A program made the position numbers and the translations under genes. The notes under the pieces are model-generated. The model did not search any database and was not told where the DNA came from. It saw only the letters and a program-made list of their open reading frames with translations. Positions 1-9,657 of a stretch of 53,976 nt of DNA are shown one piece after another; the first letter of the stretch is position 1, and each line of letters starts with the position of its first letter. Where the stretch lies: positions 1 through 53,976 of IMG/VR virus record IMGVR_UViG_3300030329_005429; one strand, written 5' to 3'. The DNA is from a virus (Duplodnaviria; Caudoviricetes).

Positions 1-100
1 ACTATCATTTATCCCATTTACCTTTTTTTGCAATGTTTTAAATTTCAAAACAGGAACATCCATTGTTACAACTGCTCCAGCAGGCAAAGATAGAGAGTGT
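1..100. repeat. Terminal direct overlap with 53877-53976 (circular assembly overlap)
   Basis: Nt 1-100 equal nt 53877-53976 except one mismatch at the penultimate base (tagagagtgt vs tagagagttt). Confidence 0.95.
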
Positions 101-258
101 GCATTGATTGGGTCTGCTGTACTATTATTAAATTCAAAATATACTGCATTTGAAGGCTTGATTGTTATTTTTCCTACTCCAGGAGTAAGAGCTTGACCAG
201 AAGTACCCCCAGAAACTAAACTTATTTTTAATCTTTTATTAAATCCGATTTTTGACAT
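1..258 (-). CDS. 5' part of a 108-aa late protein spanning the circular junction (continues 53876-53808)
   Basis: ATG at 258 after GAGGT SD; hand translation MSKIGFNKRLKISLVSGG...VNGINDS continues without a stop into HYIWVHAQAVNDDGGEVILIEH-TAA ending at 53808. Confidence 0.85.
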   Translation of the reverse strand, partial: MSKIGFNKRLKISLVSGGTSGQALTPGVGKITIKPSNAVYFEFNNSTADPINAHSLSLPAGAVVTMDVPVLKFKTLQKKVNGINDS

Positions 259-279
259 TTCTTACCTCACTTTATAATA

Positions 280-301
280 TTGGGAGGCCGAAGCCCCCCA
301 A
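280..301 (-). terminator. cUUCGg hairpin downstream of the capsid/auxiliary capsid genes (terminator or mRNA-stabilising stem)
   Basis: TTGGGGGGC-TTCG-GCCTCCCAA, 9 bp with one G-U, followed only by a weak AU tract. Confidence 0.65.
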
Positions 302-329
302 CATTCATTCATCACACCACATCCACAAA

Positions 330-962
330 TTAAGACGGGTCAGGCCTTGTTATTGTTATAGGGTTCTCTAAGGTATCATTAATAGCACCATACATATCCT
401 TAGGAAATCTAATGTAAGTAGACACATTATTATTCAAAGAAGCAATAGCATCATTTTGAATACTTGCTGTTACTCCATTACCACCCGAATCTGTAATAGT
501 AAGCTTTAATCTTAGTTTACTACCTGTTCTAACAATATCAGCAAACTTAGTGTCGCCAGCATCAATAGTTTGGGGAGTTGAACTTGCGCTCTCAGTCCCA
601 AAATCGACCCATTCTCCACCAGTTTGAGCTCCTGTCCCATCAAAAGTAGTATCTTTAGAATCAAAATATTGCCAAGTAGTTACAATCTGAGCGTCTCCTG
701 AAGCACCATATTTTAGGATACTTCCTACTATATCTTTGCCTTTTACAGCTAATGCAGTAGTAAAAAGTTCTAAGGTTTCTCCATTTCCAACATCTTCAGT
801 AACTTCTTGTATTATTTTGTCAGTACTGGCATTTACTTGATGCCATCCCTCTGCATCTATATCTGAAATTTCCCAGCCATCCATCATATCACGACTGATA
901 AATTTAGCAGAAGGGTCCTGCTGATTCCTAAAGTTTATTTTATTTTGACCGACATTCGCCAT
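330..962 (-). CDS. Putative auxiliary capsid/decoration protein
   Basis: Directly after the major capsid gene with strong AAGGAGG SD; acidic, beta-rich composition; call is positional. Confidence 0.5.
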   Translation of the reverse strand: MANVGQNKINFRNQQDPSAKFISRDMMDGWEISDIDAEGWHQVNASTDKIIQEVTEDVGNGETLELFTTALAVKGKDIVGSILKYGASGDAQIVTTWQYFDSKDTTFDGTGAQTGGEWVDFGTESASSTPQTIDAGDTKFADIVRTGSKLRLKLTITDSGGNGVTASIQNDAIASLNNNVSTYIRFPKDMYGAINDTLENPITITRPDPS

Positions 963-973
963 CGTCTACCTCC

Positions 974-2368
974 TTAAGACCACTTCATCACAGCGTGAGT
1001 TTCAGGTAATGAAATCTCTAACCCTGCTTCAGTGATTATTTGGTCTCTTCTTCCATCTTCGTCATTAGCTTGAATATTAGTTTCTACGAAGGTGTCACGA
1101 TTAACGCCATTTCCAACCAACGGTCTATATGCAACATTTTTCATATCTACACATACAGCATAATCTTCCCAAGGACCTCTTAATAAAGGCTCAGCAACAA
1201 AATGCAAGTTACCATAGATAGTATTTATCTTAGTTACATTGTGACCAAATTGGCCTGGAATATTAGCAACATCTAAACGATACTGTGAAGAACCCACAGA
1301 ATTGTTCATAAAACTACCAGAACCTAATTTATTTAGGTAAGTGATAACTTTTCTTGAAGCTAATACTAATTTATTACCAGAATTTCCACCTTCAGGTGCA
1401 AAATAATCTTCCATTGCATCTAAGAAAGCATCGTATCCTGACGAAGCGTATGACATATCGTATACTTTACCATTGACTTCAGTATAAGGAACAATACCAT
1501 GAGTATAACGAGCATTTCCACCTGTTTCACTAGTAGCACCAGTATCACCTTCAGTACTATGTCCAGCTACTCCTCGGCCAAATAAGAACCCTTGCTCTAG
1601 GTCCATTTTATGTTCCATAAGCTTTTCAGTCCATACTCTTTTATATTCATCAGCTTTTCCACGATAGACAGTAGCTCTAGCAGTATTTGAGAAAAGATTC
1701 ATTGCAGTTTTAAAAATCTGACAATATCCTTCTCTATCAAATAAAGCATCTTCCCATCCCTGAGGAGCAGTAGAGCCTTCAGCCCATGCTGTGCCAATTA
1801 CTTGACCAGCAGCGTTTGTTTGTATATCCTCAGTACCTGTCATATCCTTACCGACTACTATAATATCTTCACCAGCAATAGTTGTTGAGCTAGCACCATG
1901 AACTATCTCACCTTCAGTACCAGCTGAGCTACCAATCTTTGCTGAAGCTTTTATTTTTACTACTACAACACCTTCACTTGTTTTAATTGCTAATGTTTGA
2001 CCACCTACAATAAAATTACAAGGTTGGCTTGCCTCTGTTATACCTTGTGAATTATAACCACATGATAAAACGAGGTCATTGTTTGAGCCAAATGCTGCAC
2101 CTGCGGTTTTACCTAGGTCGTCCAAATTAGTATCTACATTAAAATTCCTTCTTTGCCATTGATGTCTCTGTTCCATAAATTTGAATACAGGGTCATTAGT
2201 AGGCTTTTTAGCAACTTTAGAAAGGTAAACAAAAAATGGAGATTGTTGCGGAGCTAACTCAGCTACCCTCTCTCCGAAGTTAAAAGTTCTTCGGTTATTA
2301 TCAATGCTTATCCCTTGAACACCAGTGCCAAAAGAAGGATTAAATTTATCTTGACTTGTTGTTGCCAT
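974..2368 (-). CDS. Major capsid protein (HK97 fold, DUF5309/SU10-like)
   Basis: Follows portal and scaffold; motifs YCQIFKT, EHKMDLEQGFLFG, TIYGNLHFV, DGRRDQIITEAGLE..PETHA typical of this MCP class. Confidence 0.9.
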   Translation of the reverse strand: MATTSQDKFNPSFGTGVQGISIDNNRRTFNFGERVAELAPQQSPFFVYLSKVAKKPTNDPVFKFMEQRHQWQRRNFNVDTNLDDLGKTAGAAFGSNNDLVLSCGYNSQGITEASQPCNFIVGGQTLAIKTSEGVVVVKIKASAKIGSSAGTEGEIVHGASSTTIAGEDIIVVGKDMTGTEDIQTNAAGQVIGTAWAEGSTAPQGWEDALFDREGYCQIFKTAMNLFSNTARATVYRGKADEYKRVWTEKLMEHKMDLEQGFLFGRGVAGHSTEGDTGATSETGGNARYTHGIVPYTEVNGKVYDMSYASSGYDAFLDAMEDYFAPEGGNSGNKLVLASRKVITYLNKLGSGSFMNNSVGSSQYRLDVANIPGQFGHNVTKINTIYGNLHFVAEPLLRGPWEDYAVCVDMKNVAYRPLVGNGVNRDTFVETNIQANDEDGRRDQIITEAGLEISLPETHAVMKWS

Positions 2369-2395
2369 TTCAATTTCTCCTATCTATTTTTTTTA

Positions 2396-3367
2396 TTAAC
2401 TCCAAGGATTCTTGGAATTGTAATCGCTAACTAAATCGTCCATTATACTATCAGAATCAGTTCTTTGCTGTGGTGCAGCAGCTGCAGGCATAACCCCCAT
2501 TGAATTAGGGATTTGCTGAGCAGCTTGTGTTTGCTGAAATTGAGGAGAAGGTTCAGCTACAGGAGCTTGTCCTGGTGACTGATTTATCCCTTTTTTCATT
2601 AAAAACAATTGCCACAAATTATCCATAGATACAGACTCAGGAGCAGACATTTCCTTAACAAATTCAGCGGCTAGATTTTCATCAGCTCCGAAATTTGCAA
2701 CAGCATATTTTTGGATTTCACTAGCTTGTTGAGCTTGAGATGCTTGCTGTATTCTAGCTTGTTCAGCATTAGCTTCTCTTTCTCTTTGAGCTTTAAAGCT
2801 TTCCTCTATCTTTGCTGTTTGATACTGAGTGAATAATCTATTATATTCATCAGTCTTATCTCTCCATTCATCCATTTCATCCATATATCTAGCAGAGTCA
2901 CTAGTTGTATCTGATATGGCTTCTTCACGACTAAAATTGCGAGGTCTTTCTGGCTTAACAGGAGCTTCTGGAAAGTCTTCTTTTATAACTTCTTCAGGTT
3001 GCCCTTGATTATTCATAATTCCTTGCTCGACATTTTGAATCACATAAGGATTAGCTTTTATATAGTCCACAAGTGGAGCTATTTGTTCGTATTCCTTTAA
3101 TTGATTATTTGCCTTAGCCGCTTGAGATTGCCAATACTCATAACGAACCTCGTCATTATTTTTAGGAGGTGTTGCCTCCTGCCCTGGTTGAGGCTCTGCA
3201 ACTTGAGAGGGTGTTCCTTCTGGAGTCGGAGCAGTAGGCTTAAAAGCATCTGCTGGTGACATAGAAGGAGCCTCTTGCTGAGGTGTCTCAACATCTTGGC
3301 TTACTGGGTTTTCAAATACTTGGTCAACTACTGAGCCATTATTTTGGGTATCAATATTTTGTTCCAC
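2396..3367 (-). CDS. Capsid scaffolding protein
   Basis: Between portal and MCP; acidic, Pro/Gln-rich disordered ends, helical core, YWQSQA motif. Confidence 0.75.
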   Translation of the reverse strand: MEQNIDTQNNGSVVDQVFENPVSQDVETPQQEAPSMSPADAFKPTAPTPEGTPSQVAEPQPGQEATPPKNNDEVRYEYWQSQAAKANNQLKEYEQIAPLVDYIKANPYVIQNVEQGIMNNQGQPEEVIKEDFPEAPVKPERPRNFSREEAISDTTSDSARYMDEMDEWRDKTDEYNRLFTQYQTAKIEESFKAQREREANAEQARIQQASQAQQASEIQKYAVANFGADENLAAEFVKEMSAPESVSMDNLWQLFLMKKGINQSPGQAPVAEPSPQFQQTQAAQQIPNSMGVMPAAAAPQQRTDSDSIMDDLVSDYNSKNPWS

Positions 3368-3381
3368 TTTTGTTTACTCCC

Positions 3382-5457
3382 TTACTTTTTAGGACTGCTC
3401 TTTTTAGAGGTTGAGTCCTTTTTGCTTTCTTGTATCTCTTTAGAAATACTACCAATGGCATCATTTAACCTTTTTTCAAAGACAGTGCCTGAGGCCTGTG
3501 CTTTGTTTTTTACTTGGTCTAAATTAGCCTTAAATTTCTCAACTTCAACCTTCTTACGCAAATTGACAGATTCTCTGTCCCTCGTTTGAAGGTCTCCCCT
3601 GAGCTTTTTCAATTCTTCTTGTTGTTGCTTTATCTGATTTTCCATTTTAGATATAATATCCGTTCTCTGCATAACACCTTCCATATCGAAAACCTCTGTT
3701 TTCTTTAGAACTTCTTGTCTATCTATAATTCCATTCTTATAAGCATCTGTATATAATTCTAATTGAGCATATCTATTTGAAGGTAATGTAGAACCAGTAA
3801 CAACTGTTATGTCATACTTACCAACAGAGATATCATTGAATACTTTTATCTCTCCAGTTTTTTCATCATACAATCTTTTATTTATAACATATTCACTCAT
3901 TGAATTATTAGGATTCGTAATCCTCATAACCTTTTCGGTTTTATACAATTGCTGCATTAAAGGAATAGCTACCATAGCCATCCTCTCTAAACCAGCTTCA
4001 ATATCTGCTTGTTTGGATTTGATTTTTCTTTGTCCAAATTCATCTATAGCAATAGTGGCTTTATATGTCTGAGGAGCTGCTCCAGAATTACCCATCATTA
4101 ATTCATATAACCCAAGTTGATGGTCTATATCAGCCTTAGCATCTGCTTCATTCTTATATAATTCGTTAGGAAGAGGTGTGGGTTGAACTGTTACAGGTTG
4201 TCCTTCTGAAAAGTCTATAGCAATTCCAACACCTGGCTGCGCCCATTTCTCTTCAAATTCTTTCATATCAACAGAACCCTCAGGAATAAGAACCTTTGCA
4301 TTCGTTGATGTTGTAGCATGTGCAATTACTAGTGACCTTATTTTATTTATATATTCTTGCAGCCCTTTAACCAATCTAACATCACTCATAGGATAAGGAG
4401 TTCTTGTATGTAAGTTCATAAATGGAATTATAGGGTAATGCTCTACAGGCAATTCTCTTGAATATAAATATTTATCACCCATAATAACGCATTGTATTAC
4501 CCTAGGAATCCTTACTTGGACAACCTCTATTAATTGTTTTTGAAGTAACTCTCCCATATTTGACTCTTGAACCATCATACCTCTAGAAGTCATTTTCTGA
4601 ACTATTTCTTCTTCGAGGACTGGTTTATCATTCATCATCCAAACAGGTCTATTCATATAAGATTCAAACTGTTTGTCACTAAATATATACTCTTTACCAG
4701 AAAACTTTTCGAATACTCTAAACTTATCTACAATCTCTTTGTAATATCTTTCATATCCTCTTATATAATCAGTAGATTCCCTGGTTTCGATTTCTTCTGG
4801 GAAAGCTGTTTCGCCATCATCTGCTCTATCAGTAGTAGGTCTGTCAGATAATTGTGAAGATGATGCATTTTGAATGGCTTTTTCGTACATTGGATGCATT
4901 TTCTTAGCTTGTTCTCTCGTAAAGAGTCTAGATATTATAATATTCTCAGCATCATCAAACATTCTATTTCTAGAATTTGGGTCGATATATACATCTAGTG
5001 GGTCTATATCCTTTATACAAACCTCACCCTTACCATCGTCCATTATAGGACTTTGATAGACTAATCCATACCCAACTCCACATACATAATAATCATCTAC
5101 TATTTGTCTCAAAACAGTAGTTCCTTCAGAAATATGCCATATATATTCAAGCATACCATTAAATACTTGAGCCACTTTATTATCAGAGTCTTCTCTAGGA
5201 GACACTCTAAAGCCAGGTTTATTTGCAGTCAACAAGGCTTTTGCTGTTTCAACAGCAGGATGCACTCTATTAACAACAATTGGAGCTTGTCCCCTAGATT
5301 CCAATGTATTTCTTTGTTCAGTCGTCCATTGCTTGCCTAATCTAAATTCTTGGTCTTCTTGGGCGTGTTCAGCCCAGACTCTTCTCTTTTCGGAATATTC
5401 GTCAAAAAGTCGGTGGGTTTCGTCTACTTTTTTCTTGTTATTATTATACTTCGCCAT
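3382..5457 (-). CDS. Portal protein (P22-like podoviral)
   Basis: 691 aa after TerL; GKQW..EQ, RGQAPIVVNRVHP, VYIDPNSR, YPIIPF, C-terminal coiled-coil barrel. Confidence 0.92.
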   Translation of the reverse strand: MAKYNNNKKKVDETHRLFDEYSEKRRVWAEHAQEDQEFRLGKQWTTEQRNTLESRGQAPIVVNRVHPAVETAKALLTANKPGFRVSPREDSDNKVAQVFNGMLEYIWHISEGTTVLRQIVDDYYVCGVGYGLVYQSPIMDDGKGEVCIKDIDPLDVYIDPNSRNRMFDDAENIIISRLFTREQAKKMHPMYEKAIQNASSSQLSDRPTTDRADDGETAFPEEIETRESTDYIRGYERYYKEIVDKFRVFEKFSGKEYIFSDKQFESYMNRPVWMMNDKPVLEEEIVQKMTSRGMMVQESNMGELLQKQLIEVVQVRIPRVIQCVIMGDKYLYSRELPVEHYPIIPFMNLHTRTPYPMSDVRLVKGLQEYINKIRSLVIAHATTSTNAKVLIPEGSVDMKEFEEKWAQPGVGIAIDFSEGQPVTVQPTPLPNELYKNEADAKADIDHQLGLYELMMGNSGAAPQTYKATIAIDEFGQRKIKSKQADIEAGLERMAMVAIPLMQQLYKTEKVMRITNPNNSMSEYVINKRLYDEKTGEIKVFNDISVGKYDITVVTGSTLPSNRYAQLELYTDAYKNGIIDRQEVLKKTEVFDMEGVMQRTDIISKMENQIKQQQEELKKLRGDLQTRDRESVNLRKKVEVEKFKANLDQVKNKAQASGTVFEKRLNDAIGSISKEIQESKKDSTSKKSSPKK

Positions 5458-5482
5458 ATTTGGTGGATAATATACAACAGAA

Positions 5483-6973
5483 TTACATTGTCATCCAATC
5501 AAGTTTTTTAATTTTCTTCTTTATTTTATTTCCTAAATCTATAAAGTGTTTTTTTCTACAAGGATGATGATTTTCTAAAGCTGTCCAAATAGCATCCATA
5601 ATATCGTCATTCTTACCTCTTGGATAAGATAAAAACTCTTCTTGAGCAATTACATCTTCTTTCCTAAAAAAGAACTCTCCTTTAGCAAACATAGGCACTA
5701 ATGATATCAATCTTTCTGATTTACGAGTCCTTGGTTTCACTCCCTTTTCTAAACCAGGTATAAATAGATTTTGTTCATTCATTGCCTTTCTAACAGCGCT
5801 TCTTAAAGCCTCTTGATACGCTACGGTCTCTATTCTTACTCTTCTAGGTTTGAATTTTTTATATATTTCAATAATTTTATCTGGTTGAATTGCTGGGTCT
5901 ATCCTTTTTCTAAATATATCTACGACATATTTATTATTATCGCTATCTACCCCAATAGTAGCTATTACAAAGAAGTCAGCTCTTATAGATAAAGATGATG
6001 CGGGGTCAATTCCGCAATAAATATCTATCGGAATTTTATCCCCATTCTTTTTTTCCAAAAAATTTTGTCCATTTTCCCTTTTGTATATCATATCATAAGT
6101 TTTGATATACACAGGTTTGAACGGAGCATCATCTGGTGCCTGAGCTACATTCATATATTCCTGATAGAATCCTGTTAAATTACCGACTGAAGCATATTCC
6201 TGTTTTATTGACTCAACTCTACTTAATGGAAATCTTTCAGGCCATATAGGGTTCCCTTCTTCATCTATTATAGAAAACCATAGAGTATGCCAAGCTGGGG
6301 AATCTTTAGCCCAATATAAAAAGCAGTCTTCTGATATTACAGTTCCTATCATTATAATCCTACCATCATCTGATAAAGAGGGTATAACAGCCTCTGTCAT
6401 CCAATCTCTATTCTTCTTCCTAGCTTCAAAGGTCAATGCATTATGCTCTGATTCAAAATCATCTACAATAATATGAGTGGGACGAGTATCTCCCTCAATA
6501 AAACCCCTAACTCTCTGTCCTGTACCAACAGCAACTATCCTGGTTCCATTTGACAATACAACATCAGTTGTTGTCCATCTCCTGGCAGTTGTTGGGCCCA
6601 TATCACCAAATATACGCTTGAAATTAGAAGAATATGTTAGATGGTATTTTATACGAGATAGAAAGTTTATAGACTGAGCTTGAGACTCAGATATAATTAC
6701 TATAAATTTATCCTCTTTAGCTGTTTTAAAAGCAGCTTGAAATAATGGCAATACAAGAGTTGATACTGTTGATTTAGCAGACCCCCTAGGAGCTGCTACT
6801 AAGACTCTTTTCTTATTGTCATTAACCAATGCTTTATAGATATGACTATGAAATGGAGGTGTAGCCTTTTGAAATGCAGAAGGAAAACAAATCTTACCAA
6901 ATAATGCCATATTTTTCTTTAATTTACGGAGAGTGCGCATTTTTGCGTAATTAGCTTCGTAATTAATACTCAT
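5483..6973 (-). CDS. terL: Terminase large subunit
   Basis: Walker A APRGSAKST, Walker B IIVDDFE, WPERF, QEYMN, RNase H-like GIDPA and NDDIMDA. Confidence 0.95.
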   Translation of the reverse strand: MSINYEANYAKMRTLRKLKKNMALFGKICFPSAFQKATPPFHSHIYKALVNDNKKRVLVAAPRGSAKSTVSTLVLPLFQAAFKTAKEDKFIVIISESQAQSINFLSRIKYHLTYSSNFKRIFGDMGPTTARRWTTTDVVLSNGTRIVAVGTGQRVRGFIEGDTRPTHIIVDDFESEHNALTFEARKKNRDWMTEAVIPSLSDDGRIIMIGTVISEDCFLYWAKDSPAWHTLWFSIIDEEGNPIWPERFPLSRVESIKQEYASVGNLTGFYQEYMNVAQAPDDAPFKPVYIKTYDMIYKRENGQNFLEKKNGDKIPIDIYCGIDPASSLSIRADFFVIATIGVDSDNNKYVVDIFRKRIDPAIQPDKIIEIYKKFKPRRVRIETVAYQEALRSAVRKAMNEQNLFIPGLEKGVKPRTRKSERLISLVPMFAKGEFFFRKEDVIAQEEFLSYPRGKNDDIMDAIWTALENHHPCRKKHFIDLGNKIKKKIKKLDWMTM

Positions 6974-7008
6974 ATTCTACCCAATCCTTATGTTTGTATT
7001 TCTTAGGC

Positions 7009-7821
7009 TTAGCTCGCTTCGGCTTCTTTAGCTTCTTCGAGCTCTTTTGATATTTGACTCGCTGATATCCCATGCACCTCTTTTGTTTGAGTTATATTCA
7101 ATCTTCTTTCTTCTTCTTCTAAAGATTCTAGCATTTTATGAGTTTCTGACGCTTCGATTGACTCAGTAGTCTTAATAGTCGATTTATCCTTCATACCATG
7201 CATCTCTTGAAGATTATCTACTGCTTTTAGCATATTAGATACATCCTTCTTGTCTTCTGCTATGGTAATAGCCTTTTTTAAAAGCTCCATAGTAAAGTCT
7301 TCAGTCATATCATGCTTTTGAAGTAGTTTTTGCTGTTCCTCTCTTACCATGTCAGTAAATACCTCCGATTTCATCCATCTTTTATATTTCCTTTTATTTG
7401 AATCATTTATATCTTCACCGTGAACTAAATTAATAGCTTGTTCCATCTTTACCCTATTAGAACCCTTGGCTTGAGCATATACCATAGCCATATCCCCTAA
7501 TAGCTGCTTCTTATGAACCTTTAGCCAGGGTTTTCCAGAGAATGTATATTTAGACTCTCTATTTTCAGCTAATAATTTAAAACTTTTATTTACATCTTTA
7601 CAAATGCAGTATCCCCAAGGGAATCTAAAATAAGTGGAACCATTCTTGTATGATGTGCGTTTAATGAGTTTTGATACTATATTATCATCGGATACAGCAT
7701 AATCACCTGAATTAGCTTCTCTCCAGTATTTAAAGTCAATCTTCTCGTCTTGAGCTTCTTCTGATGTTAAAATATTATAGGTTACAGGATTATCCCTGTG
7801 ATTAATTGTTATAGTATACAT
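7009..7821 (-). CDS. Putative terminase small subunit
   Basis: Immediately upstream of terL; helical C-terminal half (LLKKAITIAEDKKDVSNMLKAVDNL); mainly positional. Confidence 0.55.
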   Translation of the reverse strand: MYTITINHRDNPVTYNILTSEEAQDEKIDFKYWREANSGDYAVSDDNIVSKLIKRTSYKNGSTYFRFPWGYCICKDVNKSFKLLAENRESKYTFSGKPWLKVHKKQLLGDMAMVYAQAKGSNRVKMEQAINLVHGEDINDSNKRKYKRWMKSEVFTDMVREEQQKLLQKHDMTEDFTMELLKKAITIAEDKKDVSNMLKAVDNLQEMHGMKDKSTIKTTESIEASETHKMLESLEEEERRLNITQTKEVHGISASQISKELEEAKEAEAS

Positions 7822-8690
7822 TAAAGGTCTGAAGAATAAAGCCTATCATCCCATGTGAATGTTTTTTGATTATCCGCCCTTGCCTTGGCGTATGCAGACC
7901 TAAAATCAGCTGCTTTATTGGATAGTTTGTCGTATACCTGGTAATCTCCTTGCGCTAAATCTGCATAGGGAGCTTCAGAATATGTACCGCCACCCTCTAA
8001 AGGGACATTACCCGTAGTCAGCCTTCTCTTTTGTATAGGAGTCAAAGCTTTTTCAAACGCCTCACCCAACATATCAAACTGATGTTCTCCATAATGAGGG
8101 TCGTAACCAGCCTCATCCCATAACTCTCTTTTATTAGCTTTTTGGAAAGGCCTAACCCCATGCTTAGAAAATGAAGGTAACCAACCTTTTAAGAATCTAT
8201 CAGCTTTTTGGTATAAATTTAAATCAGGTATCTTGCCACCCTCTTCGCCTAGAGCATGACCACCAGGTCTATGGCCTGCGAAACCATGTCCAAACTCATG
8301 TCCTACTGTTTCTGGCCAAGATTCATAGCTTTTTGGGTTTAATACCATAACATCCCTGTCTCCACCACTCAATCTACCTTGAGTATAGCTACCACCTGCG
8401 TCTCCACCTAAATGTTGATGCTGTATATTCTGAACTCTACCTTCTACACCACCTCTACCAACAAAATCACTATAATCACCTATATCAGAGCTGGAAACAC
8501 CCTTGCTCTTAGCAAATTCCCTTATTGGAGATGCGCCTGTATTATATAAAGCCTCCATAAACCACGGAGCTATCTGCTTATAATCACCAACAGCCTCTCC
8601 ATGGCTATGAGTAGAATGATTATGCCCATGTTCATCTTGAACATCTTCATTCATATACTTTTTTTGGATATCATAGATATTATTTGACAT
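7821..8690 (-). CDS. Zincin-like metalloprotease-domain protein
   Basis: HExxH motif TVGHEFGHGFAGH; His-rich N-terminal patch; C-terminal FRSAYAKARADNQKTFTWDDRLYS. Confidence 0.6.
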   Translation of the reverse strand: MSNNIYDIQKKYMNEDVQDEHGHNHSTHSHGEAVGDYKQIAPWFMEALYNTGASPIREFAKSKGVSSSDIGDYSDFVGRGGVEGRVQNIQHQHLGGDAGGSYTQGRLSGGDRDVMVLNPKSYESWPETVGHEFGHGFAGHRPGGHALGEEGGKIPDLNLYQKADRFLKGWLPSFSKHGVRPFQKANKRELWDEAGYDPHYGEHQFDMLGEAFEKALTPIQKRRLTTGNVPLEGGGTYSEAPYADLAQGDYQVYDKLSNKAADFRSAYAKARADNQKTFTWDDRLYSSDL

Positions 8691-8806
8691 AATTATAAAT
8701 TACAGCAACTGCTAATAGCAACCAGCTAACTCTGAATCCTGTTTTTATAATCAAGTGTATAGTGCAACTGCTGTATTGGAAATTTATTATAGGTTACCCC
8801 TAAAAA

Positions 8807-9079
8807 TCAAGTCTTTTTTGAAGAAATAATATATGAAGCATTACTTTCCTCGCTTGTAAAGCTCGTCATTCTCTTATTACCAGGATATTCTTTAAAGATA
8901 CCACCCTCCTCAACTACTATAATACGCATCCCATCAGAATCTTCTGTAATAGGGTACTTTTTACCCATTAAAACTAGGCTTTTATTGTCGTATATAGCCT
9001 TATGACCCATTTTCAATACTTCGGATAATTTTCCAAATTTAGAAATTTTCAATTCTGTCATAATAGGCCCCCCTTTCAT
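8807..9079 (-). CDS. Hypothetical protein, first gene of the late arm (start may be ATG 9061); paralog of 10141-10413
   Basis: Open frame; GKKYPITEDSDGMRII resembles GAMFPVELDSDGLKII in 10141-10413. Confidence 0.7.
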   Translation of the reverse strand: MKGGPIMTELKISKFGKLSEVLKMGHKAIYDNKSLVLMGKKYPITEDSDGMRIIVVEEGGIFKEYPGNKRMTSFTSEESNASYIISSKKT

Positions 9080-9285
9080 ACCATAATTTACGAAGAATTA
9101 GGTTGAAAAACCCGATTTTAAAAAATTGCTGTAGAATCTGAGTGGTAGATATGCTACACACCTACCGCCTTGAAATTCAGGTCTATGGGTACAGGTTTCT
9201 GCTGAATTTTGCGGCTGTAGATGTGCATGCCCCCTCTGATTACAGTAGTAAATAAATTAATTAACTAATAAATAAAGGAAATAAT
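9080..9285. promoter_or_regulatory. Divergent intergenic control region with three stem-loops (candidate promoters, origin or genome end)
   Basis: Switch point between strands; stems GTGGTAG/CTACCGC, GAAATTCAG/CTGAATTTT, GCTGTAG/TTACAGT; GCTGTAGA occurs twice. Confidence 0.5.
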
Positions 9286-9543
9286 ATGAAGAAATTATAT
9301 AGATTTATTGTAGAAACATTTGGAGTCGCACCTTACGGTGGAATAGGTCCAAATGGTGGAAAGTGGGTCAAAATAGAGACCGCTTTCAATGATAAGGCAC
9401 AACAACTCATTAACAAGTGTAATGAGATAGCGGGAATATCCGCTAAGTTTATGCCACAAACTCCTCAGTATCCTTCGGGAGTTATGATTAATGTTGCATC
9501 TACGATGTCTGAAGACGATTTCGTTTCTCACTTGAGCTCGTAA
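9286..9543 (+). CDS. Hypothetical protein, first early gene
   Basis: AAGGA SD, ATG, 85 aa. Confidence 0.8.
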   Translation: MKKLYRFIVETFGVAPYGGIGPNGGKWVKIETAFNDKAQQLINKCNEIAGISAKFMPQTPQYPSGVMINVASTMSEDDFVSHLSS

Positions 9544-9554
9544 GAAATAGCAAC

Positions 9555-9582
9555 TAAAGGACTATCTATGGATAGTTCTTTA
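9555..9582 (+). promoter_or_regulatory. 12-bp hairpin after the first early gene
   Basis: TAAAGGACTATC-TATG-GATAGTTCTTTA. Confidence 0.55.
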
Positions 9583-9653
9583 TAACACATTTAATGAGGT
9601 GGCTATAATCTTGTAGTCACCTCTTTCTTTAAAAATAACACATTAAATGAGGT
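9582..9653 (+). repeat. 19-nt direct repeat ATAACACATT(T/A)AATGAGGT x2
   Basis: Copies at 9582-9600 and 9635-9653, one mismatch. Confidence 0.8.
9596..9630 (+). terminator. Intrinsic terminator-like hairpin
   Basis: GAGGTGGCTATA-ATCT-TGTAGTCACCTC followed by TTTCTTT; G-U pairs favour the + strand. Confidence 0.65.
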
Positions 9654-9657
9654 ATCT

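Noticed and set aside
3097-6677. ORF-track entries inside scaffold, portal and terL (3097-3294, 3344-3589, 3809-4072, 4567-4851, 4874-5056, 5104-5340, 6477-6677)
   Set aside because: Antisense or out-of-frame shadows of well-supported genes; no motifs
6963-7073. 36-aa Lys-rich ORF overlapping the TerS end and TerL start on the - strand
   Set aside because: Plausible, but SD spacing is very short and it overlaps both neighbours; insufficient support
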